Below are positions 63,086 through 64,000 of a stretch of DNA of 64,000 nt, piece by piece. Position 1 is the stretch's first letter. Every line of letters begins with the position of its first letter. The notes below the pieces were generated by a model. The model was not told the origin of the DNA. It saw nothing but the letters and a program-made list of their open reading frames with translations, and searched no databases. The stretch is taken from NCBI GenBank assembly GCA_004431415.1, contig QPMI01000125.1:1-64000 (forward strand). The letters run 5' to 3'. A program made the position numbers and the translations under genes. The DNA is from Cyanophora paradoxa CCMP329 (lineage: Eukaryota; Plantae; Glaucophyta).

Positions 63086-64000
63086 TTACATAAGCAGCTT
63101 GCCGATCGCGGTCCAATGAATAAAAAGCTGGACAATTTGGGTGGGCGTGACCGTCATTCTGGGTTGGAATCTCACTTTAACTGTAAAGCCAGTGTGACTC
63201 ACCGCCGTGACGTTGGCCCCGTAGAAATCGACATCCGTGCTGCCGCCGGGATTGATGTCGAACGAGGGGGTTACGTTAATAACCGGCGTTGGGTTTGCTG
63301 GGGTCCCCAGTCCGCCTCCAGTGTCGTACGCCTGTCCGAATGTAATGTTGAACGTCACCGTGTATGTTGAATTGATGTTAAACTCCGTGTACGCAGCGTA
63401 GGAGTGGAAGGACGTGCCGTGCGTTATGTACGCATCCATGTTCACGTTTCTGTGCCCGTGGCTGGTGAGCGAGTACTCTGTGTGACTGTGCGTAGAGGGT
63501 GGGAAGGAAGTGGGTCGGTCGATGACATTATCCCAGTACACATTGTGACTGTGTGTAGAGGGGGGAAGGTAAGTGGCTTGCCCGTTACGTTGTCCCAATC
63601 CACGGAGATGTTCGTCAAGTCCGGGGCCGTCCAGTCGCTGATCTGAGAGATGGTGTGCTGGTGGTCTGCGTGGGGATACGTACTCGGCTTCCCGTGATGC
63701 TATCCCACGCCCACGTTGTTGGTATCACGGGTATCGTCGGCCTCCCGCTGAGATCTGCATACGCCCCCGTGTGTGCCACCGTCGCCAGCTGCGGCACGGC
63801 AACGCCCACGGTGCTCACGGCCTGGCTCGCCCCCGGCGCCATGTGCCACTCGTAGTTCTGCGATGCAAACACGGGCTGGCCTGGCTCGGGCGCCCAGTAC
63901 TCGATGCCTTTGGCGATCTTCTTGGTGTATGGTGCTGCAGGCCTGTCAACCAATTTATCGACGTAGGCCTTGGGTACCAGCCAGTTTGCCTTGGGGCTCT
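63086..64000 (-). CDS. Tail-fibre-like protein with phage tail repeats and a C-terminal H-type-lectin/gp53-like domain; 5' end outside the window; frameshifted
   Basis: TGAYADLSGRPTIP, WDSITG.PSTYP..HQHTISQI, WDNVIDRPTSFPPSTHSH repeats. The C-terminus reads VTFNITF..PVINVTP..VTAVSHTGFTVKV..IHWTAIG. Confidence 0.75.

Larger units (their letters stand above)
54729..64000. mobile_element. Probable endogenous DNA virus (Polinton-like virus, virophage-like or other EVE); continues beyond the window; left boundary approximate
   Basis: Abrupt switch to densely packed, mostly intronless ORFs with virus-typical domains (HNH, FN3 plus Gly-rich, Peptidase_S74, phage tail repeats), a shared upstream motif and distinctive repeats. 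No hallmark capsid, ATPase or polymerase seen in the window. Confidence 0.75.

Noticed and set aside
1-64000. tRNA/rRNA genes, autonomous transposase or reverse transcriptase
   Set aside because: None recognised by eye; tRNAscan-SE, Infernal and profile searches would be needed to exclude them.

Overview
Eukaryotic, GC-rich, intron-dense nuclear DNA. A photosynthetic protist is likely; the Phe-containing MAAAF... transit peptide suggests a glaucophyte such as Cyanophora (inference). There are three compartments. (1) Very GC-rich host genes with short introns, several of them GC-AG: an unknown minus-strand gene, a plastid-type inositol monophosphatase, a SET1 H3K4 methyltransferase head-to-head with SBDS/Sdo1, and an HMG-box gene whose last exon lies in a 1,022-bp tandem duplication. 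(2) A lower-GC, repeat-rich block (~6-36.5 kb) with a full-size ABCG/PDR transporter, an unknown acidic protein, degenerate gene fragments, two copies of a non-autonomous Helitron-type element (one with its empty site in the window) and nested TIR elements. (3) From ~54.7 kb to the window end, a compact, mostly intronless cluster that looks like an endogenous DNA virus. It encodes an HNH nuclease, two paralogous orphan proteins, an FN3/glycine-rich protein, a Peptidase_S74-chaperoned fibre and a phage-tail-repeat fibre. It also has a shared TTTTC(G/T)GA-N11-12-ATG upstream motif and three (GGGACTT)n arrays; two of these form an inverted repeat around a core with a strict 12-nt periodicity. No capsid, packaging ATPase, polymerase or integrase was recognised inside the window, so the virus class is unresolved. 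Exon boundaries were read by eye.
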